Assembly (NCBI GenBank): GCA_963818475.1
Contig: CAWFSF010000006.1
Span: 2,240,001-2,304,000, forward strand
From: Nitrospirota bacterium
GTDB lineage: Bacteria > Nitrospirota > UBA9217
DNA: 64,000 nt
Direction of reading: 5' to 3'
The position numbers and the translations under genes were made by a program. Below are positions 10,619 through 21,009 of the stretch, piece after piece (within the stretch, counting starts at the first letter, position 1; the number at the start of each line of letters is the position of its first letter). The notes beneath the pieces were generated by a model. The model made no database searches. It was not told where the DNA came from and worked only from the letters and a program-made list of their open reading frames with translations.

Positions 10619-12587
10619 TTAAAACTGCTGCTGCAGTCTGCGAACGCTCGCTGCAAGCAACGTTGGATCGGTGATTGGTTCTCCGCAAAGCGTGCCCATA
10701 CAAGGGATCACGCGGCCGCCCTGGTCACCGTTGTACCGGATGACCGTATGGGCCCCGACAAATGCGCGGGCCGCCTGGGCAAGCATGCTCTCCGCAGGCG
10801 CCTCCACAGTCAGCGTCAGAAGGTGGAACCAGGCGTCGAGCCCGACGTAATAGGCGCCGGCATGGATGCCGATCTCCGCGGCAGCAGGTGCGAACAGCGA
10901 AAGCGCCCTGCCTGCTGCCTCCTGGTACCGGTCCTCTCCGGTCAGGCGATGGAGCTTGAGCAGCAGCATGATGGCCGTGCTGTTGGCCGACGGGTGCGGG
11001 ATGTCGTCAATACGCTTGAGCCGCGTGCCGAGCACCTCCTGCCCCGTATCGAAGAACCCTCCCTCGCTGTCCTGGAACGTTGCGAGGGTGAGCTGCATCA
11101 ACTCCCGGGCCTGCGCAAGGCGCCGTGCATCGCCCGTTGCTTCATAGGCCGACAGCAGGGCTTCAACAAGGTGGACATGATCATCGAGCAGTCCGGGAAT
11201 TCCCGCAGTGTGCAGAAGCTGCGAACCACTGATAATGCTCCCGCAGGATGCGGTTCAGGCTTGCGACTGAAAACTCCAGGAGCCAGGGATCCTTCAGCGC
11301 GCGGTGCGCACGGAGAAAGGACGCGATGAACATGCCGTTCAGGGAAGTGTAAAGCGTCCGATCGATAAACGGCGCCGGCCGCTCGTTTCGTGCACGGAGG
11401 AGCTTTTCCTTCCCGTCCGAGATGATTCGCTCCACGGAATCAAGGGGCAACGCGAGCTCCTGGGCGACCTCCCGGGGTTCCCGGGCAGTAAAGAGCACCT
11501 GGTGTGACGGATCGTGGTGCATGGCTCCGCGCGGATCGAGCAGGTGCCGCGACAGGACAGCATACTCTTCAGCGGTCAGGGCTTCACGGAACTCGTCATC
11601 GGTCCAGGTGAAATACCCTCCTTCGTCATCGGGTGTCACATCAGCGTCCTGGCTCGCAAAAAATCCACCTGCAGGATCGGACAGAACGTCGCGGCTGAAC
11701 CGGATGATCCCCTGTGCAACCGCTTTGAACCGCTCATCCTTGAACAGGGCATAGGCATCGACATAGTTCCGAAGCAGCCAGGCATTGTCGTCAGCCATCT
11801 TTTCAAAGTGCGGGATAGTCCATGCTTCGTCAACGGAATACCGGTGGAATCCGCCGCCCAGCTGATCATGGAATCCGCCGCGCGCCATGCTCTCCAGTGT
11901 TTTCCGGATCGCCAGTTCTACGAACGGGCCGTCTTGCGTCAGGGGATGACGGCGGATCAGAAATTCCAGGGCGCCCGGCATCGGGAACTTTGGTGATGCT
12001 CCGAAGCCGCCGTTTTTCGGATCATACTGCGTCAGGATCGTGGCCACCGCATCCGTGAGCGCCTGTTTTTGCAACCCGCCCGACTGGAATCGGTCCGGCT
12101 TCAGGGCTTCCCTGAGGCGGTCGGCAAAGTCCTCCACCTCTCCCCGCCGGGATCGATAGAACCCGCTGACCGATCTCAATACGGATTTGAAGCCCGGACG
12201 GCCGTGCAGGTCCTCGGGCGGAAAGTAGGTGCCGCCGAAAAAGGGCTTCCGGTCCGGGGTGAGGAACACCGAAAGGGGCCACCCGCTGCCGCTGCCCATG
12301 GCGGCAACAGCCAGCTGAAATCTCCGGTCGATGTCGGGCCGTTCGTCGCGGTCGAGCTTGACGCAAACAAAGAACTCGTTCATCAGCCGGGCGACCTCTT
12401 CATCCTGGAAGGATTCCTTGGCCATGACGTGGCACCAGTGGCACCAGACGGCGCCCGTGCTCAGAAAGACCGGTTTGTCCTCCTGGCGCGCCAGGTCGAA
12501 TGCTTCATCGGACCAGGGCCGCCAGTCAACGGGCTGGTCTGCGGCATGCCGCAGATAGGGCGATCGTTCGTTGGCAAGATGGTTCAT
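10619..12587 (-). CDS. Thioredoxin-domain YyaL/SSP411 family protein; probable indel near 11234
   Basis: MNHLANERSPYLRHAADQPVDW, WCHWCHVM and GGGFHRYSVD...PHFEKM. Continues after the shift as GLLDDHVHL...GGFFDT...PSANS. Confidence 0.9.
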
Positions 12588-12591
12588 GGCA

Positions 12592-12721
12592 AAATTCCAA
12601 ATCCGAAGCACCAAATTTCAAATAATATCCAAATAGCGAAATTCGAATGACTGAAACGTTTGAAGCTTGCACTTTCGAATTTAGAATTTATTTGGAACTT
12701 GTAATTTGTCATTTGGCGCTT
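12592..12721. repeat. 7-nt-periodic mirror-symmetric intergenic element, copy A
   Basis: Left arm AAATTCC AAATCCG AAGCACC AAATTTC AAATAATATCC...; right arm reverse complement AAGCGCC AAATGAC AAATTAC AAGTTCC AAATAAATTCT... Confidence 0.8.
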
Positions 12722-13167
12722 CAAAAGGTACTCGGGTCTTCCGGCGGCAGGCTGGCCTCGTCAAAGGGCAGAACGCCGAGCTGCATCATGACCGATTCAA
12801 CGCCCGCGAGCAGTTCCCGCGTGTCATATCCGTCGAGTTCCTGCTGCAGCGCTTTTTCGGTCAACTGGTCGAATGCCTCGAAATCGAAGGAGCCGTCAAG
12901 CACCCCAGACCGGACAAGCACAGCGTACAGGACCTTGCTGTCATACCTGCGCTCTCCAGGCCGGAATGCAAGCCGCGGCCCGGTCTCGGGCGATTCGGCA
13001 TAGGAAAGCATTGCGCCTTCCAGTGCGTCGTATAGCGTGACAATGCCTGCCGAGACCTTTCCCTGGCGCAATCTTCTTTTTCCACCCCGCAGATGCAGCC
13101 TCGCCCGCTGCAACGGACCTGCGACCGGCCCCAGCTCCTGCTCATTCATTAATCCGAAATGCGGCAT
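12721..13167 (-). CDS. Hypothetical all-helical protein, possibly HEPN-like fold
   Basis: ORF with SD GGAG: MPHFGLMNEQELGP...LQRARLHLRGGKRRLRQGKVSAGIVTLYDALEGAM. Confidence 0.7.
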   Translation of the reverse strand: MPHFGLMNEQELGPVAGPLQRARLHLRGGKRRLRQGKVSAGIVTLYDALEGAMLSYAESPETGPRLAFRPGERRYDSKVLYAVLVRSGVLDGSFDFEAFDQLTEKALQQELDGYDTRELLAGVESVMMQLGVLPFDEASLPPEDPSTF

Positions 13168-13314
13168 GGTCTGCTCTCCGAAACGGCACATGCGCTGATC
13201 AGACGCTCCTTCACCTGAGCCCCTGCCGCGCCTCACCGGACAATAGAAGACTTAAATAGTCCCATTATACCCGACAACTATCCATTTCTAGTATAGCACG
13301 GAGGAAGGGAAACG

Positions 13315-14643
13315 TCAGGAAGAGGTGGTTGTCATATCGCCGAACAACAGATAACCGCCTTTGCCGCCCTGCTTCACGCGGTACCTGGCCTGTTCCGCCC
13401 TGTTCAGCAGGGCCTCGGCGTCTTCGCCGTCACCAGGATAGAGGCTGATGCCGATGCTCGCACTGATCGAACATCGATGGCCCTTGAGGTCAAAGGGCTC
13501 CGAAAGAACAGCAACGATCTTGCGGGCCACGACCAGCGCGTCCTCGGCAGCCGTGATCCTGCAGCATATGCCGATGAACTCGTCGCCGCCCATGCGCGCG
13601 ATCGTGTCGGCCCTCCGGGTGGAAGACGCCATGCGTTTTGATGCCTCCTGCAGCAGCAGGTCGCCCACTTCATGGCCCAGCGTATCGTTGATCTTTTTGA
13701 AATGGTCCAGGTCCATATAGAGCAGCGCAAGCACAAAATGGTTCCGTTTCGCCAGCGCAAGGAGCTGGTCCATACGGTCGAAGAACAACGTGCGGTTCGT
13801 CAGTCCGGTGAGCGGGTCATAGAGCGCCAGGTGTTCGAGCCGCTGCGCCACCTGTTTTCGTTCGGCAATATCGCGGAAGATCGTCTGCACCGTCAGTTTT
13901 CCTTCCAGGGAAAAGGAGATGCTGGCAACCTCGACATCGATGACCGCTCCGTCGATCCGGATGAATTTTTCTTCGATCCAGGGTGCGCTGCCGGACTGCG
14001 CTTCCAGCTGCTGCATCCGCGAGCGCACCATGGCCCGGTAGTCGGGATGCACGATGTCGTAGATCGACCGGTTGGTCAATTGTTCCGGCCGTGCCGCACC
14101 GAGAATACGCGCGCCGGCGGGATTGACAAAGGAAAACAGGCCCCCGCAATGGATGGCGATCCCGTCCGGTGAAAGCTCGACCAGGCGGCGGTACCGTTCT
14201 TCGCTCTCCCGCAGGTTTTCCTGCATCTGGCGATGCTCTTTGACGAGCTGCTGTTTGTAGAGCACCTGGCCGATGACCGCCGGGAGCAGCTCCAGGTACC
14301 GCATCTCGGCGTCCTTCACCACGTAATCGGCTGCTCCGAGCTTAAGCGCCTCGACCGCTATGGACTCATTTCCTTCTCCCGTGACCATGATGATCGGGAC
14401 CGAGGACCCCTGCTCGGACAGGATCCGGATAACATCGAGCCCGCCGAGGAACGGCATGTTATAGTCGACAAGCAGCACATCAAACCGGCCTGCCGCGACC
14501 TTCTGCAGCCCGTCCTCGCCGTCCACCGCCGTATCGACGACAAATCCCTTCCGCCTCAGGCCCTTCTGCAGCAGGACGGAAAGGCCGGGGTCATCCTCCA
14601 TATACAGTACATGGGTCATTATGATATCGGCCACGACCTTCAC
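13315..14643 (-). CDS. REC-PAS-GGDEF diguanylate cyclase
   Basis: Receiver (LLVDYNMP), PAS, DPLTGL, intact GGDEF and an RxxD I-site (RRAD). Confidence 0.93.
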   Translation of the reverse strand: MKVVADIIMTHVLYMEDDPGLSVLLQKGLRRKGFVVDTAVDGEDGLQKVAAGRFDVLLVDYNMPFLGGLDVIRILSEQGSSVPIIMVTGEGNESIAVEALKLGAADYVVKDAEMRYLELLPAVIGQVLYKQQLVKEHRQMQENLRESEERYRRLVELSPDGIAIHCGGLFSFVNPAGARILGAARPEQLTNRSIYDIVHPDYRAMVRSRMQQLEAQSGSAPWIEEKFIRIDGAVIDVEVASISFSLEGKLTVQTIFRDIAERKQVAQRLEHLALYDPLTGLTNRTLFFDRMDQLLALAKRNHFVLALLYMDLDHFKKINDTLGHEVGDLLLQEASKRMASSTRRADTIARMGGDEFIGICCRITAAEDALVVARKIVAVLSEPFDLKGHRCSISASIGISLYPGDGEDAEALLNRAEQARYRVKQGGKGGYLLFGDMTTTSS

Positions 14644-14679
14644 ACCCTCCGGAATTACTTATGATTCTCGTTTGTAGTT

Positions 14680-14708
14680 CTCTGCGAGCTTGGCGGCTCT
14701 GCGCGAGA
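14680..14708. repeat. Short 8/9-nt-periodic intergenic repeat
   Basis: CTCTGCGAG CTTGGCGG CTCTGCGCG AGA, between the kinase and the cyclase. Confidence 0.45.
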
Positions 14709-14748
14709 CGCCTTGCTGGTGACCTGCATAGATACGAAGTTTCTTTAT

Positions 14749-17052
14749 TCAGTCCTCGCCGCCGGCTATTCGCTGGACGCGGTCATCCGCATTCTGCGGG
14801 TCATCCGGCTCAGGCGGGGCTGCAGGGACAGAAAAGCTGAAGGTCGTTCCGACGCCCATCTGCGATTCGCACCAGATGCGTCCGCCCAGCAGCCGCAACA
14901 GGGTCTTGACATAGGCCAGCCCCATGCCTTCTCCCGGCACATCCTGCGGTCCCACGCGGCGGAAGAGATCGAAAGCCTTGGGAACGTCCTCGCTCGCCAT
15001 CCCCCGTCCGTTATCGCAGATATGGAAGACGATGTTTCGCCCGTCGTGGTCGGCGCCCACCGTTATGCGCCCCGGCCTGCCGGGCGCAAGGTACTTTATG
15101 GCGTTGTCCAGGAGATTGCCGAAGATCTGCTCCAAAGCCGTGCGGTCCGTTATTATATCAGGGAGCGGCTCCACCATGACTTGGATCTGGCGGCTCTCGA
15201 TCTGGTGCGCCAGAGAGTTCAGGAGCCCCTGCACGAAAACGGTGGTCTGGAGCGGTTCGGGATTCAGCCTGCGCCTGCCAACGCGTGAGAGCTTCAGAAT
15301 GGCGGTAATAAGATTGTCCATCCGGCTCACCGATGTCCCGATGAACTGGAGCGCCTCGGGGATGTCTTTTTCGATGATGGAGAGATAGTTGCGCCGTCGC
15401 CCGTCATCGAGCTGGTCCAGAGAGGTCATGACCATCGGCGTCAGCTCTCTGATGCTGTAGATAAGCTCATCGGAAAAACCTCTGATATTGACGAGCGGCG
15501 CCCGAAGGTCGTGCGACACGATGTAGGCGAAATTCCGGAGGTCATCGTTGATCAGGGCCAGTTCCTCTGAATAGCTCTTGAGCTGCGCCTCATCCCGTTT
15601 ATTTTCGGTGATGTCCTGGGCGACGCAGACAATGCCCTGCACCAGACCTTGCGCATCACGCAGGACCGACGCCGAGAAGAGCACGGGGATCCTCCGTCCG
15701 TCGCTTCCCCGATACCATCGTTCCTGGTTGCTGATCGATCCCCGGGCGAGCACGCCCGCGATCCCGTAGTCCGTGCTTCCTGCATCTCCGCCAAGAATAA
15801 GGGTAAAAGGCTGTCCGACAAGCTCCTCCACCTGATATCCCAGCAGAAAACAGGCCGCTTCGTTCAGCCGGGTGATCGTGCCTTCCGGCGAGACCACGAT
15901 AAGGGTGTCCATCATGCTGGAGACGATGTTGTCCATATAATCCCGGGAAACCGTCGTTCGCTCGAGGTCGGCTGCCATGCGGTTGAAGCTCTGGACCAGC
16001 GTCTGTACCTCTCCCGTGGATCTCATGTCCACCTGCGCCGAAAGGTCCCCTTGCGCAAGCCGGTCCGCGGCATGGGCGAGCCGAACAATGGGCCGTGAAA
16101 AATAACGCGAGACATAATAGGCGATCACGGTCGAAACCACCAGGAGGAGCAGGAACACGATGAACACAAATCTGAGCATGGACCGGATATCATCAAGCAG
16201 GAGAGCATCGGGGATGCTGATTGCCACCCGCAGCAGCGGCGCTTCCGGCGTGATGAAAAAGTCCTGATACACCAGCATGCCGCCGTCTTCCACCAGCAAC
16301 TTCCGGTCCTGCTCCACACTCCGCTGCAGATGGGGCCGGGGATCGAAGATCGCCTGCTGGTGCTCGGGCTGCTTCAGTACGGTCCCCTCGGAAGTAAACG
16401 CCCAGATCGGATTTTCACCCAATATCCTGATAGCATCGAGGTACTCGAGGAATTCCTCCAGATTGTAGTCGAGAACAAGACCGCCAAGATAGTTCCCATT
16501 ATCAGCGTCGGTCTTGTCAATGCCGATGGAAAAAGAGACCTGCCCCTGGAGGTCTTCCCCCGGGGGAGACACGCGAATGGATCCGGGGGCATCGGTGGTA
16601 AGCTGCGCGAACACGCTGCGCCTGCCGGCACTCCCGGCCTGCTTCGCGCGTCCGGCCCGGCCGATCGTGATCACCTCTCTGCCTGTGGCATCCATAAGCG
16701 AGATGTTTTGATAGGAGGGAAAATAACGGAGCGATTCGCGAAACAACCGCTCGACAGAACGCGCAGCGATCTCACGTTCCGGGCCGGAGGACCGGAGGAA
16801 ATCGTCCAGGGTGGGATTGGCCGCAAGCATGCGCAGGTCGGTGGAAAGCTTGTCCCGGAGCTCGTCATTAAAATGATATCTGATCGTCACGAACTGCTGC
16901 AGGACACTTTCAATGGTTTGCTGCTCGATATGCCGTTTGCTGAACGTATAGTAGACAGCGGTCAGCAGTCCGCTAATGATAATGACAACGATCATGAACG
17001 CGATCAGGAGCTGGGAAAATATCGATAATCCTGTATACCGCTTTTCGCTCAT
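14749..17052 (-). CDS. Sensor histidine kinase (periplasmic Cache-like domain, HAMP, PAS, HisKA, HATPase)
   Basis: Two TM helices, HAMP, PAS, FAYIVSHDLRAPL, NLLDNAIKY, DNGRG and GMGL. Confidence 0.92.
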   Translation of the reverse strand: MSEKRYTGLSIFSQLLIAFMIVVIIISGLLTAVYYTFSKRHIEQQTIESVLQQFVTIRYHFNDELRDKLSTDLRMLAANPTLDDFLRSSGPEREIAARSVERLFRESLRYFPSYQNISLMDATGREVITIGRAGRAKQAGSAGRRSVFAQLTTDAPGSIRVSPPGEDLQGQVSFSIGIDKTDADNGNYLGGLVLDYNLEEFLEYLDAIRILGENPIWAFTSEGTVLKQPEHQQAIFDPRPHLQRSVEQDRKLLVEDGGMLVYQDFFITPEAPLLRVAISIPDALLLDDIRSMLRFVFIVFLLLLVVSTVIAYYVSRYFSRPIVRLAHAADRLAQGDLSAQVDMRSTGEVQTLVQSFNRMAADLERTTVSRDYMDNIVSSMMDTLIVVSPEGTITRLNEAACFLLGYQVEELVGQPFTLILGGDAGSTDYGIAGVLARGSISNQERWYRGSDGRRIPVLFSASVLRDAQGLVQGIVCVAQDITENKRDEAQLKSYSEELALINDDLRNFAYIVSHDLRAPLVNIRGFSDELIYSIRELTPMVMTSLDQLDDGRRRNYLSIIEKDIPEALQFIGTSVSRMDNLITAILKLSRVGRRRLNPEPLQTTVFVQGLLNSLAHQIESRQIQVMVEPLPDIITDRTALEQIFGNLLDNAIKYLAPGRPGRITVGADHDGRNIVFHICDNGRGMASEDVPKAFDLFRRVGPQDVPGEGMGLAYVKTLLRLLGGRIWCESQMGVGTTFSFSVPAAPPEPDDPQNADDRVQRIAGGED

Positions 17053-17104
17053 TGACTCTCCCGGCCCATCTGCTTCGCGAGATGTGCCCCCCGCACCTGG
17101 CCGA

Positions 17105-17548
17105 TTACTCCTTTTCCGGCACCTTGACGATGGCGAGGAACAATCCGAGCATCCGGATGGCTTCGGACAACTTATCGTACTCCACCGGTTTCGTGACATA
17201 GACATTGCACCCCAGTTCATAACACCGGGATATTTCCTGCGGATTATCCGTCGTTGTCAGCACAACGACAGGGATCTGCCTGGTGCGGGGATCGTTCTTG
17301 ATGATTTTCAGCACCTGGTATCCGTCCAGAACGGGAAGATTGAGGTCGAGCAGAATGAGGAACGGCGCAGGATGGGGATCGTTCTCGTACCCCGCCTTGT
17401 TGAACAGGTAGTCAACGGCCCGCTGACCGTTGTCAAGCGCGACAATGATGTTGGTTATCCCGGCGCGGCGAAGGTTTTTCTCGATCAGCAGTGCGTGACC
17501 GGGATCGTCTTCTACCAGCAGGATCGTTACAGGTTTGTGCAGATCCAT
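17105..17548 (-). CDS. Single-domain response regulator (Rcp1-like)
   Basis: ILLVEDDPGHA...ILLDLNLPVLDG...VLTTT...YVTKP. Confidence 0.92.
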   Translation of the reverse strand: MDLHKPVTILLVEDDPGHALLIEKNLRRAGITNIIVALDNGQRAVDYLFNKAGYENDPHPAPFLILLDLNLPVLDGYQVLKIIKNDPRTRQIPVVVLTTTDNPQEISRCYELGCNVYVTKPVEYDKLSEAIRMLGLFLAIVKVPEKE

Positions 17549-17718
17549 GGCTGCGGTCTCCTCTCAGGGGCGCCCGGTCGTTCATCCGCAAGACGCCGCG
17601 TCAGCATATCATATCCATGCCCTCTGCGAAACAGCGAGCACATCCACCCTGTTTCGCAGAGAGCACGTGCAGCAGCGCCGCAAGCCTGGCCGGCCGGAGA
17701 CGGGAAAACTCCTGCTGC

Positions 17719-19002
17719 TCAGGGGGACCAGGCAGGCGAGCTGTAATTGGCGTCGTTCGGCGTGATCCGCTCTAGGTCCGAACCGTCGGCGTTCATGATA
17801 TAGATATTCGACCTGCCGCCGCGGTTCGAGCTGAACACGATCTGCCGGCCGCTGGGCGACCATGACGGGTTCTCGTCGTTCCCCGGGCCGCTGGTCAACA
17901 GGCGCTGCTCGGAACCGTCGGGGTTGATCGTGGCGATCTTGAAGAGCCCGCCGACCTGAGCTACGAATACGATGCGGTCGCCGCGCGGCGACCAGTTCGG
18001 CGATGCGTTATAGGACCCCTCGAAGGTCACGCGCCGCACATTGGTGCCGTCGGCGCCCATGATATAGAGCTGCGGCGTTCCCGCTCTTCCGGAATTGAAA
18101 ACGATCTCCCGGTTGTTCGGCGCCCAGGAAGGCGCCACGTTGTCGGAGATGCCGAAGGTAAGCCGCTCCAGGTCGCGGCCATCGCTGTTCATGGTGTAGA
18201 TCTCGGTGCCGCCGTCCTTGCTGAGCGCCAGAGCCAGCCGCTTGCCGTCGGGCGACCATGCCGGCGAGATGTTCAGCCCTTCGGTCCCCGAGATCTTCCA
18301 CCGCTTGCCCGTTCCCAGGTCAAGACCGAAGAGATCGGGGTTCCTGTCCCGGTACGACACATACGCAAGGATCCTTCCGTCGGGACTCCATGCAGGAGAC
18401 AGGCAGATCGAGCGGTCAGCCGTGACCTTCAGGGAGTTTTTTCCGTCATAGTCCATGACGTACAGTTCCTTATTCCGGGTCTTGTCCGATACATAGGCGA
18501 TGCGGGTCCGGGCAACGCCCTTCTCACCCGTGTAGCGGGCAACGATCTCGTCGGCAAAGGAATGGGCAAGGCGGCGGACGGACTCAGCACTGCCGTTATA
18601 CTGCATGCTTGTCAGTTTTGAGCCTGAAGCGGCGTCATACAGTGTGCCGTTCAATCGGAGCGCGCTTCCGCTGCGCTGCATCGATGCCCAAACCACCCCG
18701 GTCAGCCCGAAAGTGCCACCCCGCTTCACGAGCTCACCGGTCGGCTCCTGCCGGCCGGAGTAGACCAAGTCGATCTTTTTCGGGTCCTGCACGTCAAAGA
18801 TCTGCGAGCGGCGCAAGTCGGTCTCAAGCACGGCCAGCGCCTCGTCACGAAGCAGAGGAGCGCCGGCTTCATCAACGATAGCCAAGACAGCGATCGGGAT
18901 CTTCTTTGCCTCGCCCTGGATCACACCGAGATAATATTCGGCATGGCCGGTAGCTGCTGCCATCAGTATACAGAGCGTTAAAATTTTCAGGATAGGTTTC
19001 AT
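17719..19002 (-). CDS. tolB: Tol-Pal beta-propeller protein TolB
   Basis: Signal peptide, TRIAYVS and repeated PAWSPDG (PD40) motifs. Confidence 0.95.
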   Translation of the reverse strand: MKPILKILTLCILMAAATGHAEYYLGVIQGEAKKIPIAVLAIVDEAGAPLLRDEALAVLETDLRRSQIFDVQDPKKIDLVYSGRQEPTGELVKRGGTFGLTGVVWASMQRSGSALRLNGTLYDAASGSKLTSMQYNGSAESVRRLAHSFADEIVARYTGEKGVARTRIAYVSDKTRNKELYVMDYDGKNSLKVTADRSICLSPAWSPDGRILAYVSYRDRNPDLFGLDLGTGKRWKISGTEGLNISPAWSPDGKRLALALSKDGGTEIYTMNSDGRDLERLTFGISDNVAPSWAPNNREIVFNSGRAGTPQLYIMGADGTNVRRVTFEGSYNASPNWSPRGDRIVFVAQVGGLFKIATINPDGSEQRLLTSGPGNDENPSWSPSGRQIVFSSNRGGRSNIYIMNADGSDLERITPNDANYSSPAWSP

Positions 19003-19043
19003 AATAGGAATTCAGGGTACAGGGTATTACTGACCCTCGCTGT

Positions 19044-19797
19044 TCAATCCTTCGGTATCAGATCAACGCTAATATCCACATACTCCCGGGGATACTCATC
19101 CGGCAGCTGTGGAAAGGCTCGACAAAAGGATCGTACGGATTGCGGCCTGGTCGAAATAGAAGTTCCCGCTCGACTCCTGAAGTTTCACTTCAGCTACTCC
19201 TGCCCGAACGGAGAATCCTGAACATGACCTTGGACCTGGCTTCCCTGACACCCTGCGGAGGCTTCCAGTTACGGTTCGATCTTATTTCTCACGAAGGGAA
19301 GGTAGCCCGCGAGGCCGGGAAGCTGGTTTTGCGCTCCCGCTGACACGGCTACTGCCTCTTTTTTTGGAGCGGTCCCCGACAGGGGAAGGCTGCCCTGAGA
19401 GCGCTGCTGGTTTTTCTTTTTCCGTTGTCGCTTCAGGCTGCTGCTCGATCTTTTTTTTCGCCGCCTTTGGCGCGCCAAGATCGGGCATGGCGCTCTTTGC
19501 TGCCGCCGGAGGTTTTGCAGCCGCAGGCGCTTTGGGCGCTGTTTTTTTCTGGGCCGGCACCTCCTCGGGTTTCGGCGGAGGAGGCGAAGCTTCCTGGGGC
19601 AGCGCCGGGCCGACCGCGGTCGGGGCGCTCACCAGCGCGACCTGGTAGGAGATCGGGATCGAGATCTTCGGGGAAACTGCAAAATTGTACACCAGGACCG
19701 CGGCAATGAGAAGACCGTGGATGATGAATGAAAAAAGTATCGCCGCAGCAAGCTCCTGACCCGACTGTCCGATCCTTTTCCAGCGGATCAGCCTCAT
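19044..19797 (-). CDS. tolA: TolA/TonB-type energy transducer; several probable indels
   Basis: TM anchor SFIIH, Pro/Ala/Lys-rich linker, then TonB-C-like fragments in shifting frames (NWKPPQG..., ESSGNFYFDQAAIR, FPQLPDEY). Lies between tolR and tolB. Confidence 0.8.
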
Positions 19798-20213
19798 TTC
19801 CCGGTCTCGCCTCCCGCAGCCGGTTCGGTCACCATGCCGAGACGGTCGATGCCCGCCCGCTTGACGATATCCATCACCTGCACCACGGCGCCGTAGGGCG
19901 CATCACGGTCGGCTCTGAGATACACATTGATCTGCGGATTGGTCTTGCGGATCGAGCCGAGCACGTCCCCGAGCTTGCTGATATCCACGCGCTCCTTTTC
20001 CACGAACAGTTCCTGCGCGCGGGTGACGGTCAGCACGATGCGGTCCTCGGGCTTGACCGTATTGGCCCCGGACTTCGGCAGGTTCACGTCGAGCCCCCGG
20101 CTCATCATAGGAGAAAGGATCATGTAGAAGAACAGCACCACGAGCAGCACGTCGATGAGCGGGACCAGGTTCAGCTCACGCATGATCGTGCTGTTCCTGC
20201 GCTCAAAGCTCAT
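19794..20213 (-). CDS. tolR: TolR/ExbD
   Basis: LNLVPLIDVLLV...LRADRDAPYGAVVQVMD. Confidence 0.92.
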   Translation of the reverse strand: MSFERRNSTIMRELNLVPLIDVLLVVLFFYMILSPMMSRGLDVNLPKSGANTVKPEDRIVLTVTRAQELFVEKERVDISKLGDVLGSIRKTNPQINVYLRADRDAPYGAVVQVMDIVKRAGIDRLGMVTEPAAGGETGK

Positions 20214-20932
20214 GGCTGCCTCCGAACGAGCGTCCGCTGAATGAAGCTCAGGAATTCCATGGAGAAGGAGTCCATCCTGGTCGCGATGCCCCTGATCTTC
20301 TCCGAAAAGTAGTTATAGGCGATCACGGCGGGAATAGCGACGAAGAGCCCCATGGAGGTGTTGATGAGCGCTTCGGCAAGCCCCGGCGCCAGCGCGCCGA
20401 TGTCACCCGACCCCTTCAGCCCAATTCCGTAAAAAGCATCCATGATGCCCCAGACCGTGCCGAAAAGCCCGAGCAGCGGGCCGACCGTGCCGGCAGTGCC
20501 GAGGAACGCCAGGTAGCGTTCCATGTACGAGATCTCATCCTGCGTCGTGACCTTGAGCGCCCTTTCCATCTCTTCGCCCAGCATCTTGCGGTCCTCATCG
20601 GCCACCGTTTTGTTCGGCAGCGATTTGACGATGGATTCTGCCTCCCGGTAGCCTTCCATGAACAGCGTGGCCATGGGGCTGAATTTCTTTTTTTCAGCGA
20701 ACTTCAGGAGTTCCTGAGCATCCTTGGTCCTGCGAAACTCCGTCATGAACAGCTTCGACTCCTGTTCCGCCTTCCGCAGATACTGATACTTCATAAGAAT
20801 CATGGCCCAGGTCACGACCGAGACCCCCAGAAGGATCACCACGATCACCTTGCCTACCCAACCAGACTCCAGGAACAGACCTAAGATACCGCTTCCCATA
20901 CCCGGTGTCGTACTTACCGCCAGTGCGAACAT
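20210..20932 (-). CDS. tolQ: TolQ (MotA/TolQ/ExbB family)
   Basis: GPLLGLFGTVWGIM...PGLAEALINTSMGLFVAIPA. Confidence 0.93.
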   Translation of the reverse strand: MFALAVSTTPGMGSGILGLFLESGWVGKVIVVILLGVSVVTWAMILMKYQYLRKAEQESKLFMTEFRRTKDAQELLKFAEKKKFSPMATLFMEGYREAESIVKSLPNKTVADEDRKMLGEEMERALKVTTQDEISYMERYLAFLGTAGTVGPLLGLFGTVWGIMDAFYGIGLKGSGDIGALAPGLAEALINTSMGLFVAIPAVIAYNYFSEKIRGIATRMDSFSMEFLSFIQRTLVRRQP

Positions 20933-20962
20933 TCACGTACCTCCAATAATGAAAAATAAACT

Positions 20963-21009
20963 ACTCCGCCGCAAGCGGCGGGGAATTCAACCCGGAGTGG
21001 CGATTAAAA
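20963..21009. repeat. GC-rich REP or IS200-end-like hairpin
   Basis: CCGCCGC-AA-GCGGCGG stem followed by GGAATTCAACCC...GATTAAA; no U-tract. Confidence 0.45.

Noticed and set aside
12592-12721. Periodic repeats considered as a CRISPR array
   Set aside because: No identical 23-47 nt repeats separated by unique spacers, and no cas genes in the window.
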